DNA of 64,000 nt from Escherichia phage JES2013: the sequence record KC690136. One strand, 5' to 3'. This document shows, one piece after another, positions 37,801-47,522 of this stretch (position 1 is the stretch's first letter; each line of letters opens with the position of its first letter). Below the pieces are notes generated by a model. It ran no database searches, was not told the DNA's origin, and saw nothing but the letters and a program-made list of their open reading frames with translations. The position numbers and the translations under genes are program-made.

Positions 37801-40398
37801 TTAAAGGTACAATCCACGGTATTGAGCATAGAGGCCCAGACCGCGAAGGATTTCGCCAGAGTGATAGCCCACCGGATCAGAAACTGCCCAGCAGCCGTTT
37901 AAAACATTATCACCATTGATGAAGTGGTGCTTTTGCAGTAGCTTCATACAGGCTTCTACAACAATATCTATTTGAGGTATTGTCTCTGAATACCCGCACA
38001 GACCTAGCCAGCAGCAACCTGCAAGCCATTCACCTACCACCCACATCCTGTCCCCTCTGTCTTGATAAGAATATCCCCCAGAGGTGTTAAAGTCTGTAGG
38101 CAGATTTCCTGAATGAGATGACTGGAATCTGTTGAGGAACCATGCCCATTTCTGGCAGAACAGGAATAATCTTTCATCAACAGGTTCTTTATGTTTCTTG
38201 AGCTCATAGATTGTGCGGCACGCAGCAACAAAAGATCTTGACTGGAGCTTGGAGTTATCTACCATCTCCCACCAACCAGTCAACCCTTCATTACCTCTTT
38301 GCCATACATAACGTGAGGCAACTGGACCCTCTGTCTTAAATGTATTATTATACCAGACTTGAGCGTCATACAGAAAGCCTATTGTATTTGACAATCTATG
38401 GCGATCTATGTTTTCTGCACCCATGCAGTAGACTGCCGGGTATTGCATGCCTGGGTAGGGCCAATTTGGCCTTTCCTCTAAGAGATAGTTTTCCTTATCT
38501 ATCACCTTTCCGGCAGGGAACACACCTGGTGTGTGCCTGTATGCACCTTGCTTGTAGTTTCTGACATAGCAATCGCCAACCTTAGCGGTTGATTCTGTCT
38601 TGCTTGCCATCCATACGCTAAACCAGATTAGATAAGCATCCCTATCTGCAATATAGAATTGCGGCAGCGTGTTGACGCAATATAGATCAAACAAGCCATT
38701 ACCTATCTGCCTGTCGCTTAGGCTGAAATCTACAGAGGTGAGCCCCTTAGGATTAGCAAAGAAAGGTTTAATCTCTTCTTCAGTGTGATGAGGTTGTGTC
38801 GGATCTAGTTTGAAATCTCCTAGAGTAAGAGTTTCTGTTATCCACTGTCCATTAGTGGCATATAGATCAGCATACCATAACCACCTGTCTTTGTCAAGAA
38901 ATTTGACCCTTACCATCTCATCATCTGATCGATAAGTTACTGAGTTTAAAGAAATCTCTCTTCCAAAATTGAAAGTTACTTTACCTCTTGCTATATTACA
39001 ACGGGTGAAGTTGTCAGAGTGGTTGTAAATGTCGGTATCATACTGCATACTAACACTAGCGCCACCACTTACGACAATGTTTTCCTCTTTAGGTAAGAGA
39101 TATGGATTACCGTCTTTACCAACCACCTCTACGAAATCAGTAACCTTGGCAACTATTTCTGTTACCTCTGCCCCTCCAAAAGGAACACCTATCCTGTACT
39201 GTTTTTTGTTATTGTTGCCATCATTAAGGATGAAATGTGGCTGGAACAGAACCCCTTCTCCTCCGAAATTCATAACAATTTCAGCATCTCTGCCTATTTT
39301 GTATGTAGTCCCTTTTTGAATTATTTCGCAAGGCTGGCGTGCGTTCATTCTAAAATTGATATATCCGTCACTGTCCCTGCTCATGACAGGAACTGTTCCT
39401 GCAACAAGACAAGTACCATCTGTAAACGGTGCCTTAATCAACGTGGTCTTCCTAAACAGTTTGTCGTAGGCGTTTATATCACTGAAATTAAGCAACTTGT
39501 TGTAAGACTGTTCAAACGCGGTGTAATACTTTTCCTCACCTGTCAAGGTGTAGAGTTGATAACAAGCGTCACACCACATTTCTTCCCCGTCCAACTCTGG
39601 GGCCTGATTATCTGCAACCACGTTTATGGGATTTACAATTACAGGGGATCCTGCAGGTATCACCGATCCACCCTGCTCTTGAGGTAATCTTACACAATAG
39701 GTCACTTTGTGGTTGCCTGTAACACCCTTATCTTGTAATTGGATTGTGCCAAACTCTACAGACGTATGACCACTATCAGCTATACTACCGTTAGCCCAAT
39801 AGCGATTACCATCCCATGCTATATACCACTCAACCCACCAACTTAATCCGGATGTTGTCCAATCTGGGTTAGCATCTGTGCCACCGTAAACATCAGAGTC
39901 TACAGTGTTTCTTCCTAACACGCCGTTATACGCTTGGAATGCCTTGTCCAGGTATTCCCCCCATGTCGGAGATCCAGCTGGGATTTTTCCTCTACCATTG
40001 GTAAAAGACACCACCACATCTTTAAACCCACCATGTGATGGAACCCCATCTGTGGATAGAGGGTAGTGGGACAATCTTTGCATTTTACTTTCTACTGCAT
40101 ATGCACCCAGAAGATGACTATTGTAAGCTTCCCAAGCATCTTTTGCCCTATCCAGATAGAAATCGCTTTTCGATGCTCTGTATGCTTCAATGTATCCCAG
40201 AATCAACACAGCTTGGGACTCATGCATTGCCCAATCATTATTTATCTTATTACCTGCCCACCCTGCAGCTATAAGACCATCAGGGTTTACTAGCTTATTT
40301 TGTGTAGGGGTGTTGGTAATACCTGTGTTGTTATCGAGGCACTTCCTGTGCCCCTCAATCATCTGAAATACGTTATCAATGTTATGTTGAATACGCAT
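37801..40398 (-). CDS. large Trp/Tyr-rich tailspike-associated protein (putative glycan-degrading enzyme)
   Basis: 865 aa; AGGAG precedes the ATG, which lies 1 nt after the stop of the anchor-domain gene. Confidence 0.35.
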   Translation of the reverse strand: MRIQHNIDNVFQMIEGHRKCLDNNTGITNTPTQNKLVNPDGLIAAGWAGNKINNDWAMHESQAVLILGYIEAYRASKSDFYLDRAKDAWEAYNSHLLGAYAVESKMQRLSHYPLSTDGVPSHGGFKDVVVSFTNGRGKIPAGSPTWGEYLDKAFQAYNGVLGRNTVDSDVYGGTDANPDWTTSGLSWWVEWYIAWDGNRYWANGSIADSGHTSVEFGTIQLQDKGVTGNHKVTYCVRLPQEQGGSVIPAGSPVIVNPINVVADNQAPELDGEEMWCDACYQLYTLTGEEKYYTAFEQSYNKLLNFSDINAYDKLFRKTTLIKAPFTDGTCLVAGTVPVMSRDSDGYINFRMNARQPCEIIQKGTTYKIGRDAEIVMNFGGEGVLFQPHFILNDGNNNKKQYRIGVPFGGAEVTEIVAKVTDFVEVVGKDGNPYLLPKEENIVVSGGASVSMQYDTDIYNHSDNFTRCNIARGKVTFNFGREISLNSVTYRSDDEMVRVKFLDKDRWLWYADLYATNGQWITETLTLGDFKLDPTQPHHTEEEIKPFFANPKGLTSVDFSLSDRQIGNGLFDLYCVNTLPQFYIADRDAYLIWFSVWMASKTESTAKVGDCYVRNYKQGAYRHTPGVFPAGKVIDKENYLLEERPNWPYPGMQYPAVYCMGAENIDRHRLSNTIGFLYDAQVWYNNTFKTEGPVASRYVWQRGNEGLTGWWEMVDNSKLQSRSFVAACRTIYELKKHKEPVDERLFLFCQKWAWFLNRFQSSHSGNLPTDFNTSGGYSYQDRGDRMWVVGEWLAGCCWLGLCGYSETIPQIDIVVEACMKLLQKHHFINGDNVLNGCWAVSDPVGYHSGEILRGLGLYAQYRGLYL

Positions 40399-40399
40399 C

Positions 40400-41068
40400 T
40401 TAGATAGCTCCTGCGATAATCAGTGCCCCGTACCAAGTTAACCCGTTGTCGTAGGTTTCCAACTTGAAAATGTCTGTTGCACCAGCTGTAAATGTTAGGA
40501 TAGGATCTCTTCCGTAGGACCATTTAACATTACCAGGCCAATAGACTTTGTTGCCGCCAGAGGTCTGAGTAATGCATACGGTTATAGTTCTCGCCACCCC
40601 TTCAAGACCTTCTGTTTGATTTTCAAAAGAGATTGTGGTATTTGAAGTTAGTCGAACTTTAAAGGTATCCGCAACTTCAAGATCCATATCAAGCTGACCA
40701 CCGATAGATCCGTAATCAACTATTCTGCCAGAAGAAGTTGCAGCAAGCTCACCAAAAACAGACCAGGCATTTGCAGACACACCCCCAGCACCCTCTACCG
40801 TGGAGTCTGGGAGGATTATTTTAGGATAATCCCCGTTCCACGTGTAGTAGCGCTTAGTTTCTGGATCATAAGCAAAGTCCTTCTTGCTCTTAAGATAACC
40901 ACCCTCTGTGAAATAGACTATCTTAGTAATGCTAAGATCGTTGACAACATCGTCAATCTTAGCCTTTCTTGTCCCATCAGTCTGGTTGACAACCAAGAAG
41001 TCATCACTCAGGACTGTTTCTGCATCTTCAAGATCTGGAATTGGTATTGTAGGATAAGCTACAGCCAT
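40400..41068 (-). CDS. tailspike anchor/adaptor protein
   Basis: 222 aa. N-terminal ~90 aa (DDFLVVNQTDGTRKAKIDDVV...EGGYL...DFAY) align with the N-terminus of 33947..37765. Confidence 0.5.
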   Translation of the reverse strand: MAVAYPTIPIPDLEDAETVLSDDFLVVNQTDGTRKAKIDDVVNDLSITKIVYFTEGGYLKSKKDFAYDPETKRYYTWNGDYPKIILPDSTVEGAGGVSANAWSVFGELAATSSGRIVDYGSIGGQLDMDLEVADTFKVRLTSNTTISFENQTEGLEGVARTITVCITQTSGGNKVYWPGNVKWSYGRDPILTFTAGATDIFKLETYDNGLTWYGALIIAGAI

Positions 41069-41077
41069 GATTTCTCC

Positions 41078-41794
41078 TTAGTTAACATCAATAGCACGAC
41101 CAGACTGGTTGGCAATAGCCTCGTCATTAGAGGTAGCAATAACACCAGAGTATTCGCGCTCATCTGGAGCAAGCGTCCAGGTATTGCGGTTAATGGTTTG
41201 TTCTGCCTCAGTCATCAGCAGATCTTTATCCTGAGTCAACAGAGAGCCTACAGGGATCGGGTTTTCCATCTCAGGACCAGCATACTGGTTCCACCATGTG
41301 GCATCTCCGGTTCTAGGCAACCTGAAGTTGATCAGATAGTACAGTTTATTAGCCCACTTAATCCAACCCTCATCATCACAGAGAGAGGTTGTCCCAGAAT
41401 CAGGCTGTGGGTAGGTGAACTGATCAAGACCTACGAAAGCCAGCCTTACAATCTCGTTCTCTTTGGTAACAACCTCAAAGAACGCTTGGTATGTTCTCGA
41501 TCTTCGATCCATGGTAGACTGGAAGTTTATGATGTTTAGCACATCCGGCTCTTGTCTTGCCACTTCCATAATCTTGTTATCAAGAACAGTCTTCATGACC
41601 TTCTTACTGAGAAAGTCCATATAAGGGAAGCCAAACAACTCGTCAAAGTACCAGCTCCCCTTCCACGTATTAAACCTCATCCACAAGCGCTGGCGCAGAC
41701 TTACCTGGTTTGAATCTATCAACTCAAGACCTTTGTCTATCGCCAAATCACCTGTCTGTGGGTCCATCAATATATCACTGTAAAGCGTAGCCAT
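41078..41794 (-). CDS. baseplate protein (hypothetical)
   Basis: 238-aa ORF adjacent to the spike gene. Confidence 0.35.
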   Translation of the reverse strand: MATLYSDILMDPQTGDLAIDKGLELIDSNQVSLRQRLWMRFNTWKGSWYFDELFGFPYMDFLSKKVMKTVLDNKIMEVARQEPDVLNIINFQSTMDRRSRTYQAFFEVVTKENEIVRLAFVGLDQFTYPQPDSGTTSLCDDEGWIKWANKLYYLINFRLPRTGDATWWNQYAGPEMENPIPVGSLLTQDKDLLMTEAEQTINRNTWTLAPDEREYSGVIATSNDEAIANQSGRAIDVN

Positions 41795-41806
41795 GAAAGC
41801 CCTCTA

Positions 41807-42484
41807 TTAGTGCGGTCCACTTGTCTCGCCATCAGGGCAAGAGTGGGTATGACCTTTATATTCTGCATAGAATGAATCCAAATCCACACCAGCAGCAGTT
41901 ATAATTCTACCAGATGGGTCTATTGTGGCACCATTCATTCTGATATTCCCATCCACAGCAGCTCGCAAATTGGCAGCCCCGTTAGTGAAAGAAAACTCCC
42001 CGCTGCTGTCGCACCGTAATGTCCCACCAGGTGTTTGAAGCTCAAAATCGCCAGAAGGTGTCAGTTTAAAATAAACCCTATCATTCCATAACTCTACGTT
42101 ATCAGGATCGATCTGTAAAGCGTTTGAGTCTGAATGGACAGAGGTGATTGCCCACCCTGGAAACAGGCCGTGAGTTTGTTGATCGTCGTTATTGTTTTCA
42201 TTTCTCTCTGAAAACTGTAATCCTACAACATCTCCAGCCTTAATAGGAAGTGTTAACCTTGCCTTTCCGCTGTTTGCAGACATCACCTGAATTGGAACGT
42301 CATAGATAAGAGGGTATCTCTCCACATCTCCGTCATCAAACGTAGTTTCAGCTATTGGCTGCACGGCTGCAGAAGGTATACTGTAGTCAACACTGACAAC
42401 TCTGGCCCTGATACTGGTGTGGTAGTCCCTCATTATTTTTTCTATAAAGGATCTTACAGCAGCATCTTTCCTATTTATTGCCAT
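41807..42484 (-). CDS. baseplate central spike protein (gpV / gp45 / gp138-like)
   Basis: 225 aa. C-terminal apex motif KGHTHSCPDGETSGPH (HxH tip) preceded by a beta-helix-like region. Confidence 0.5.
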   Translation of the reverse strand: MAINRKDAAVRSFIEKIMRDYHTSIRARVVSVDYSIPSAAVQPIAETTFDDGDVERYPLIYDVPIQVMSANSGKARLTLPIKAGDVVGLQFSERNENNNDDQQTHGLFPGWAITSVHSDSNALQIDPDNVELWNDRVYFKLTPSGDFELQTPGGTLRCDSSGEFSFTNGAANLRAAVDGNIRMNGATIDPSGRIITAAGVDLDSFYAEYKGHTHSCPDGETSGPH

Positions 42485-43488
42485 TATACCTCCTCAGTTT
42501 TGTCAACAACTCCACCCACTGTTTCCCCAAGGCCAAGCTCTGTAGTGTAATCACCTCCTTCTATGGTGCCCTTATGATGCACCGTGATCACCTTATAGAA
42601 TCCTGTATATTGCTTGCTTTTAAGATAAATAGTGGACTCTGGGAGGATAGCTCCGTTAAGGCATGTGGTTACAGTAAGGCCAACATCCTCTCTCGGGTTT
42701 TTCTTTTTCTTTTTAGATGTCGAACCACCTTTGGCAGCAGCTTTAGCTTTTCGTTTTTTAGCAGGTTCTGGGTTTTTAGGGGTAGGAGATCCGTGCATCC
42801 CAGACTCTGCACTTATTTCAAACACAGAGTCTTTGAACCTTTTTCCAACCTTGGTCCAATACAAAGCCCCATCCTGAACGCTAAATGTGGAGTTGGTCAG
42901 CCTTGCAAACCTGCGGAGGTTCTCTGCAGTGTTTCCAGAGAAAGCCATAGAGTATTGCAAAGTCTGGTTTCCAAAACCAACAACCCTACCTTTTGGCAAG
43001 TTCATATCCTTCAGTAGGTCATTAAGCACAGAGTTCAGAGGTGTGCCTTTCTGATAAGATCTTGTGCTTTGGCACTTAATGATGTTCTCAGTGCCATCCC
43101 CAAAGATGAACTTAGTTTTTCTGGTCGGACCTTCCCACCTGTCTTCAACAAACTCCACAGTTCCGGAGAATATCAACTGGTTCTCATTATCATAGCCAGC
43201 TTCAAACATAACTGCAAGGGCATCAGCCTGATGCATATCCAGATAGTTAACTGTATCGTCAGACAGGTTGTAAACTGTCACATAACCTTTGTTTGGCTCT
43301 TTGGTATTGTCCTTTTGTATGTCAAACTCTATATTGGCAGCACCAGTGTCCGAGCTAACTTCATAAACTCCGGAATCACTCTCCCCTTTCTTTTCAACAG
43401 ATTTTGGGATATTGGTTTTTGATTTACCGCCATGTTCTACAGGACGACCAAACAATAATCGCCATGTTCTACGTCTGTACTCTGCCAT
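42484..43488 (-). CDS. putative baseplate hub protein
   Basis: 334 aa with a Lys-rich linker AKKRKAKAAAKGGSTSKKKKK; call by position. Confidence 0.35.
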   Translation of the reverse strand: MAEYRRRTWRLLFGRPVEHGGKSKTNIPKSVEKKGESDSGVYEVSSDTGAANIEFDIQKDNTKEPNKGYVTVYNLSDDTVNYLDMHQADALAVMFEAGYDNENQLIFSGTVEFVEDRWEGPTRKTKFIFGDGTENIIKCQSTRSYQKGTPLNSVLNDLLKDMNLPKGRVVGFGNQTLQYSMAFSGNTAENLRRFARLTNSTFSVQDGALYWTKVGKRFKDSVFEISAESGMHGSPTPKNPEPAKKRKAKAAAKGGSTSKKKKKNPREDVGLTVTTCLNGAILPESTIYLKSKQYTGFYKVITVHHKGTIEGGDYTTELGLGETVGGVVDKTEEV

Positions 43489-43868
43489 TATTCTAACCCT
43501 TGCTGTTCCTTGTAAAGATCAACCGGGGTGCCGTATACAAGTTGTAGCTCAGATCTCGCCCCAAGGTTATATCTTCCCACCCTGCCCCAATATTGATCGT
43601 CTTTAAACGACAGCGCCATCAGTCTACCTTTCGGTAAATCATCTCTGTAATGCAGTCCGTCTAAAATATCTTGACAAGCTGTTACTTTTCTGGTTACTAA
43701 AGGGCTGTCACCCACTGGACCAAGAGATAACCACCAGGACTCATCCCTCTCATTCCATTGCATACGCATTTCATACGTTTCATTGTCTAAAACAACACGC
43801 ATGGTTTGATCAGGAAAGCCGTCAATGTCCCACACAAAGGTGATTATGCACCAATCTTTAAGCTCCAT
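43488..43868 (-). CDS. tail-associated hypothetical protein
   Basis: 126-aa ORF. Confidence 0.35.
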   Translation of the reverse strand: MELKDWCIITFVWDIDGFPDQTMRVVLDNETYEMRMQWNERDESWWLSLGPVGDSPLVTRKVTACQDILDGLHYRDDLPKGRLMALSFKDDQYWGRVGRYNLGARSELQLVYGTPVDLYKEQQGLE

Positions 43869-43880
43869 TATACGCTCCCC

Positions 43881-44792
43881 TTATTTCCCGTTAACTTTGT
43901 TGTAGTTTCCCTGCTCAGAGGGGACTATGGTAGAAGGTCTTCCATATTCCTGATAATACCAATCCGCAGCCGATTGGGTAACACCGTTTTCATCTGTCCA
44001 CATCATAGATTTGTATGGCTGCCACTCCTCTGCAGCGTTTGTGGATGCAGTGTCTGCGAATGCTCCTGTGTCCCTCTTGTTACCTACGTTACTACCATTC
44101 TTACAGTCGTTGACAGCACCTTTTTGCTGGGTTTTGCCTACTTTCTTAGGATTGCTGTATACAGTTGCATTAACAACCTTATTCAAGTAGAATGTGCGGA
44201 ACTCTGTAAGTTCTACATCAAACACCATTGCAGCGCCTTCACCAACAGACTTGTTGGCAGAAAGACTGGTTATGATGTAGTTCTCAAGAAGTCTCTCCTC
44301 GGTAACCAAAGAAACCAACTGTCGTTTATTGATAATCTCAGTCAAAGCCTCCAATGCAGCGCCTGGTCGCATAGATGCTGCAGGGTTTTTAGAGTCAGTA
44401 TTCCTATCGATGTAGTTTTGCTCATAGATTATGTGTGGGGACGTATTTACCCTACCAGTAAAAGAAAATACACCATCTTTAATTACAGCGTGGTCTGACA
44501 GGGTAGATTTATCTTCCACCGCAAACCCAGTCTTATCAACAGAATGTTTGAAAGAGTAATTCTCAACCTGATCGAAGATAATGGCAAGATCGTTAGTAAA
44601 GTTTTTACCCTTCATCTCCGTATTGCGACCGCCATAGTTAAGACCGCTGACAAACATAGTGTACTTTACATCGCTTTCAGTTTGCTGCTCTGCCTTTTCA
44701 GCCTTTGGAGATTTAACCTCTTGAGGCTTGTACAGGTCTTTTTCATCAACTATATTGCTTGGCATAACCTCTCCAGGACACTCCGATACCAT
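43881..44792 (-). CDS. tail protein downstream of tape measure (hypothetical)
   Basis: 303 aa. Start may be the second Met at 44765, which has GGAGAGG upstream. Confidence 0.4.
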   Translation of the reverse strand: MVSECPGEVMPSNIVDEKDLYKPQEVKSPKAEKAEQQTESDVKYTMFVSGLNYGGRNTEMKGKNFTNDLAIIFDQVENYSFKHSVDKTGFAVEDKSTLSDHAVIKDGVFSFTGRVNTSPHIIYEQNYIDRNTDSKNPAASMRPGAALEALTEIINKRQLVSLVTEERLLENYIITSLSANKSVGEGAAMVFDVELTEFRTFYLNKVVNATVYSNPKKVGKTQQKGAVNDCKNGSNVGNKRDTGAFADTASTNAAEEWQPYKSMMWTDENGVTQSAADWYYQEYGRPSTIVPSEQGNYNKVNGK

Positions 44793-44831
44793 CTAGATAT
44801 TGTATCATAAAATAGCCGTTTTTACAACACT

Positions 44832-44858
44832 GATAAAATAAAGGGGGCCAGAGCCCCC
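44832..44858 (-). terminator. rho-independent terminator after tape measure gene
   Basis: GGGGGC-CAGA-GCCCCC hairpin followed on the minus strand by TTTATTTTAT. Confidence 0.55.
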
Positions 44859-44870
44859 CTGCACAGTTTA

Positions 44871-47207
44871 TTACCAAAGGTCGGTAGACATGAAGTTGAT
44901 ATCTTTATTGTTCTCCCACTCAAGTTTTGCATCAAATATTTTGTTAAACTCACCCTCATCTATTGAAATCGTGATTTTACCATCACTGATCTCTAAAGGC
45001 AGCATTTCCATAGTTCTTAATTGAGAAGCAAAACCAGGGCCACCTGGCAACGGGAGAGTCCCGCCCGGTAAGGTGTCCAAAGGATTGACAAACCCGTTAC
45101 CTCCCGATATGATATCTTTGCGAATCATATCGCTGATAGTATCCAGCTGCTGATTTCTTTCACTCAGTGGGTTGAAACGGTCATTAAATAATTCCCCGGC
45201 GCTTAATATTGTACCAATAATACCCAGCTTACCGAGCAGACCAACTTTGCCACCAGGTGTCTTGAGGCCACCTCCTCCTTTTCCTGCCGGAGCACCACCA
45301 CCAGATCCTTTTGTAGTAGCGGCACCTGCTGCTCCAGCCGCACCCCTCAGAGAGCTAAGGAATTTAAAGGTTTTTACAAGCATGGATGCCATGACAAAAC
45401 CTTTTGTTAGGGCGTTCACTACCAGCATGATGGCAGCAGCAAACCCTGCCCATTTAGCATAGCTAAAGGTGTCATGAAGCTCTTCAGAATATTCCTTCGT
45501 CTTGGCTGTTATGAATCCCCATTTAATTCCCCATTCAAGGAAAAACATGCGGATCTTAACTATAGTGTTGTTTAGTTCACCAACTACCCAGTTAAGACCT
45601 CTCACAAACCCGCTAACAAAATCACCAGAGGCATCCCACACAAATTGTAGAGTCTCACCAGTGCGGATCAGTGTATAATAGAACTCTGTTAGTTCGTCAG
45701 ACCAACGGGTGAACAGTTTCTGACGAGTCAGTTCGATGAAGGTTTTCAGTCTGTTTTCTGCCAGCACGTTAGACTTCTGCATTCTTTCATAACCAGCTGC
45801 AGATGCCTCGTTCATGTACTTAGCCACATACTTCATGATCTTGGCTGTTTTAACCTCACCTTTCTTCATCATGTCCATAAACTGATCCATGGAGAGTTCA
45901 GAAAGACCAAAAGCCTCTTTGGTAGCCTTGATAAAAGGTTCGTATGCACCAGGTAATGCTTCAGCAAGTTGTTGCTTCAGTTCTTCGGACATTACTTGCC
46001 CTTTACCGAGCATCTGTTGGATTGCCATAATACCGCGCTGGTATTTTACCTCATCAGCACCATAAGCAGCAGCATACTGGGAGTATGCAGAAAACAGCTC
46101 ATGCACTTCCTGATTTGTCATCTGGTTTTTGGCGTTTACCGACATCTGGGCGTAACCTTGAAGACCAGATTTGAGATCAAAACCAAGACGCATAGCCTCT
46201 TGCTGGACAAACGCAACCTCACTGTTGGCTTTGTTTGGATCTCCAGTAACAGCAGTAAGAGCAGCACTTGCCCCCTCCATCATGTGACCGGATCTGTTAA
46301 CCGCAGCAAATCCAGAAAAAGCTGTATACGCAGCTGTTGCATTAATAACAGATCTACGTAAGTCTCTCATGGCATCGCCTAGTGTAAGCGTTTGGCTGGT
46401 GGCACTTTTAAATCCAGACTGCAGCGCTGACAGGTGGGCGTTAAAGGTTGACTTTTTCATCTCCCCGCGAGCAAACCTAGACTCTAACTCTGAGTATCCT
46501 GGCAAGCTTCCACGGAATCCGGCCCCATACTTGGCAGAAAGTCTTATCGCGGAGTTGTAGAGGTGGGTTCTCCTTGCCTCACGATCCGACATAAGCCTGT
46601 TATCCATACCAGCTTTACTGTCTCTTCTTAGCTGTCTATGATAACGATTCATAGCGGCTGTCTGAGCTTTCACAAGGTTAGGGTCGGAAGCCACACCACC
46701 CATATTAGGGTTACCGGGGATATATTTGAAAGATTTGGCATTAGCCAAAACTCTTGCCTTAGGTGCCTTATAACCACCGTAAGATACTGGTGCAGATTTG
46801 GCAGCCTTTTTGGCCTCTTTAGCTTGCTGCTGGTAGAACTTACGCATCCTAGCCATTTCTGGATTTTTAGCGGTAAGATTACCTACAGCTTGTTTACGTC
46901 TCGCATTCTCCCTACGTTCTATTGCAGCCCTTACTGCAGCCTCTTTCTTGGCCTGTGCTACGCTCTCTCTGTGCAGTTTAGCATTTGCCTGAGACTGCTG
47001 TCTGGCAACCCTCTGCATTGTCTGCTGGGTTTTAACAGCTACCGCCTGCCATCTACTCATGGGGTTGGCTGAGTTAAAATCCTCGCCCAGTTTCCTGAAC
47101 TCCCTCCCAATACTGCGAATTTTCTCTACAGCTTTTTTGTAGGAGGAGTTCTCTATCTCAAAGCCAATCTTGTTGACTGTTGTGGCAACTATTTTGTTTG
47201 TAGCCAT
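44871..47207 (-). CDS. tail tape measure protein
   Basis: 778 aa. Long helical Ala/Gln/Lys-rich protein with Gly-rich segment GAAGAAGAATTKGSGGGAPAGKGGGG; canonical position after the chaperones. Confidence 0.65.
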   Translation of the reverse strand: MATNKIVATTVNKIGFEIENSSYKKAVEKIRSIGREFRKLGEDFNSANPMSRWQAVAVKTQQTMQRVARQQSQANAKLHRESVAQAKKEAAVRAAIERRENARRKQAVGNLTAKNPEMARMRKFYQQQAKEAKKAAKSAPVSYGGYKAPKARVLANAKSFKYIPGNPNMGGVASDPNLVKAQTAAMNRYHRQLRRDSKAGMDNRLMSDREARRTHLYNSAIRLSAKYGAGFRGSLPGYSELESRFARGEMKKSTFNAHLSALQSGFKSATSQTLTLGDAMRDLRRSVINATAAYTAFSGFAAVNRSGHMMEGASAALTAVTGDPNKANSEVAFVQQEAMRLGFDLKSGLQGYAQMSVNAKNQMTNQEVHELFSAYSQYAAAYGADEVKYQRGIMAIQQMLGKGQVMSEELKQQLAEALPGAYEPFIKATKEAFGLSELSMDQFMDMMKKGEVKTAKIMKYVAKYMNEASAAGYERMQKSNVLAENRLKTFIELTRQKLFTRWSDELTEFYYTLIRTGETLQFVWDASGDFVSGFVRGLNWVVGELNNTIVKIRMFFLEWGIKWGFITAKTKEYSEELHDTFSYAKWAGFAAAIMLVVNALTKGFVMASMLVKTFKFLSSLRGAAGAAGAATTKGSGGGAPAGKGGGGLKTPGGKVGLLGKLGIIGTILSAGELFNDRFNPLSERNQQLDTISDMIRKDIISGGNGFVNPLDTLPGGTLPLPGGPGFASQLRTMEMLPLEISDGKITISIDEGEFNKIFDAKLEWENNKDINFMSTDLW

Positions 47208-47218
47208 GGTTTCCTCAT

Positions 47219-47257
47219 AATAAAAAAGGGCCAGATCCCAGAAAAGGAATCCGGCCC
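47219..47257 (-). terminator. candidate terminator, imperfect hairpin plus T-run
   Basis: GGGCCGGATTCC...GGATCTGGCCC followed on the minus strand by TTTTTTATTATG. Confidence 0.4.
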
Positions 47258-47262
47258 TTAGA

Positions 47263-47511
47263 TTATCCTCTCCTGCGCTTAGCTTTCGCAGCAGCTGCGG
47301 CAGCCTTCTGCTCCCGCTCCATTTCCCTGTTTTGGACGGTATCTAGGAATTCTTCGATATCAAGATACTCACAGAGCTTCAGGAAATACGCCATATCTGC
47401 AAGATTTAGCGATTCAAAATTTTCCCCTTTGAAATTCTTGAGCACCCTGCACCAAAGAAAGTCGAACCAGTTGAGTGAACTATTCTTAGCTGCCCACTCA
47501 CTGGCCCTCAC
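47263..47511 (-). CDS. tail assembly chaperone, downstream -1 frame segment
   Basis: 82-aa ORF with GTG start in the track. The same frame stays open upstream across the 3' end of 47523..47996. Confidence 0.45.
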   Translation of the reverse strand: MRASEWAAKNSSLNWFDFLWCRVLKNFKGENFESLNLADMAYFLKLCEYLDIEEFLDTVQNREMEREQKAAAAAAKAKRRRG

Positions 47512-47522
47512 AACAACCTTGC

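Noticed and set aside
40396-40402. Frameshift pseudogene joining the 222-aa and 865-aa ORFs
   Set aside because: The downstream ORF has its own AGGAG and ATG 1 nt after the upstream stop, the usual coupled-gene layout. Nothing in the sequence forces a fusion, though a sequencing error cannot be excluded.
43806-44498. 230-aa plus-strand ORF
   Set aside because: Fully antisense to the 303-aa minus-strand tail gene. Its translation is Cys/Ser/Leu-rich and low-complexity with no start context, so it is most likely a spurious antisense frame.
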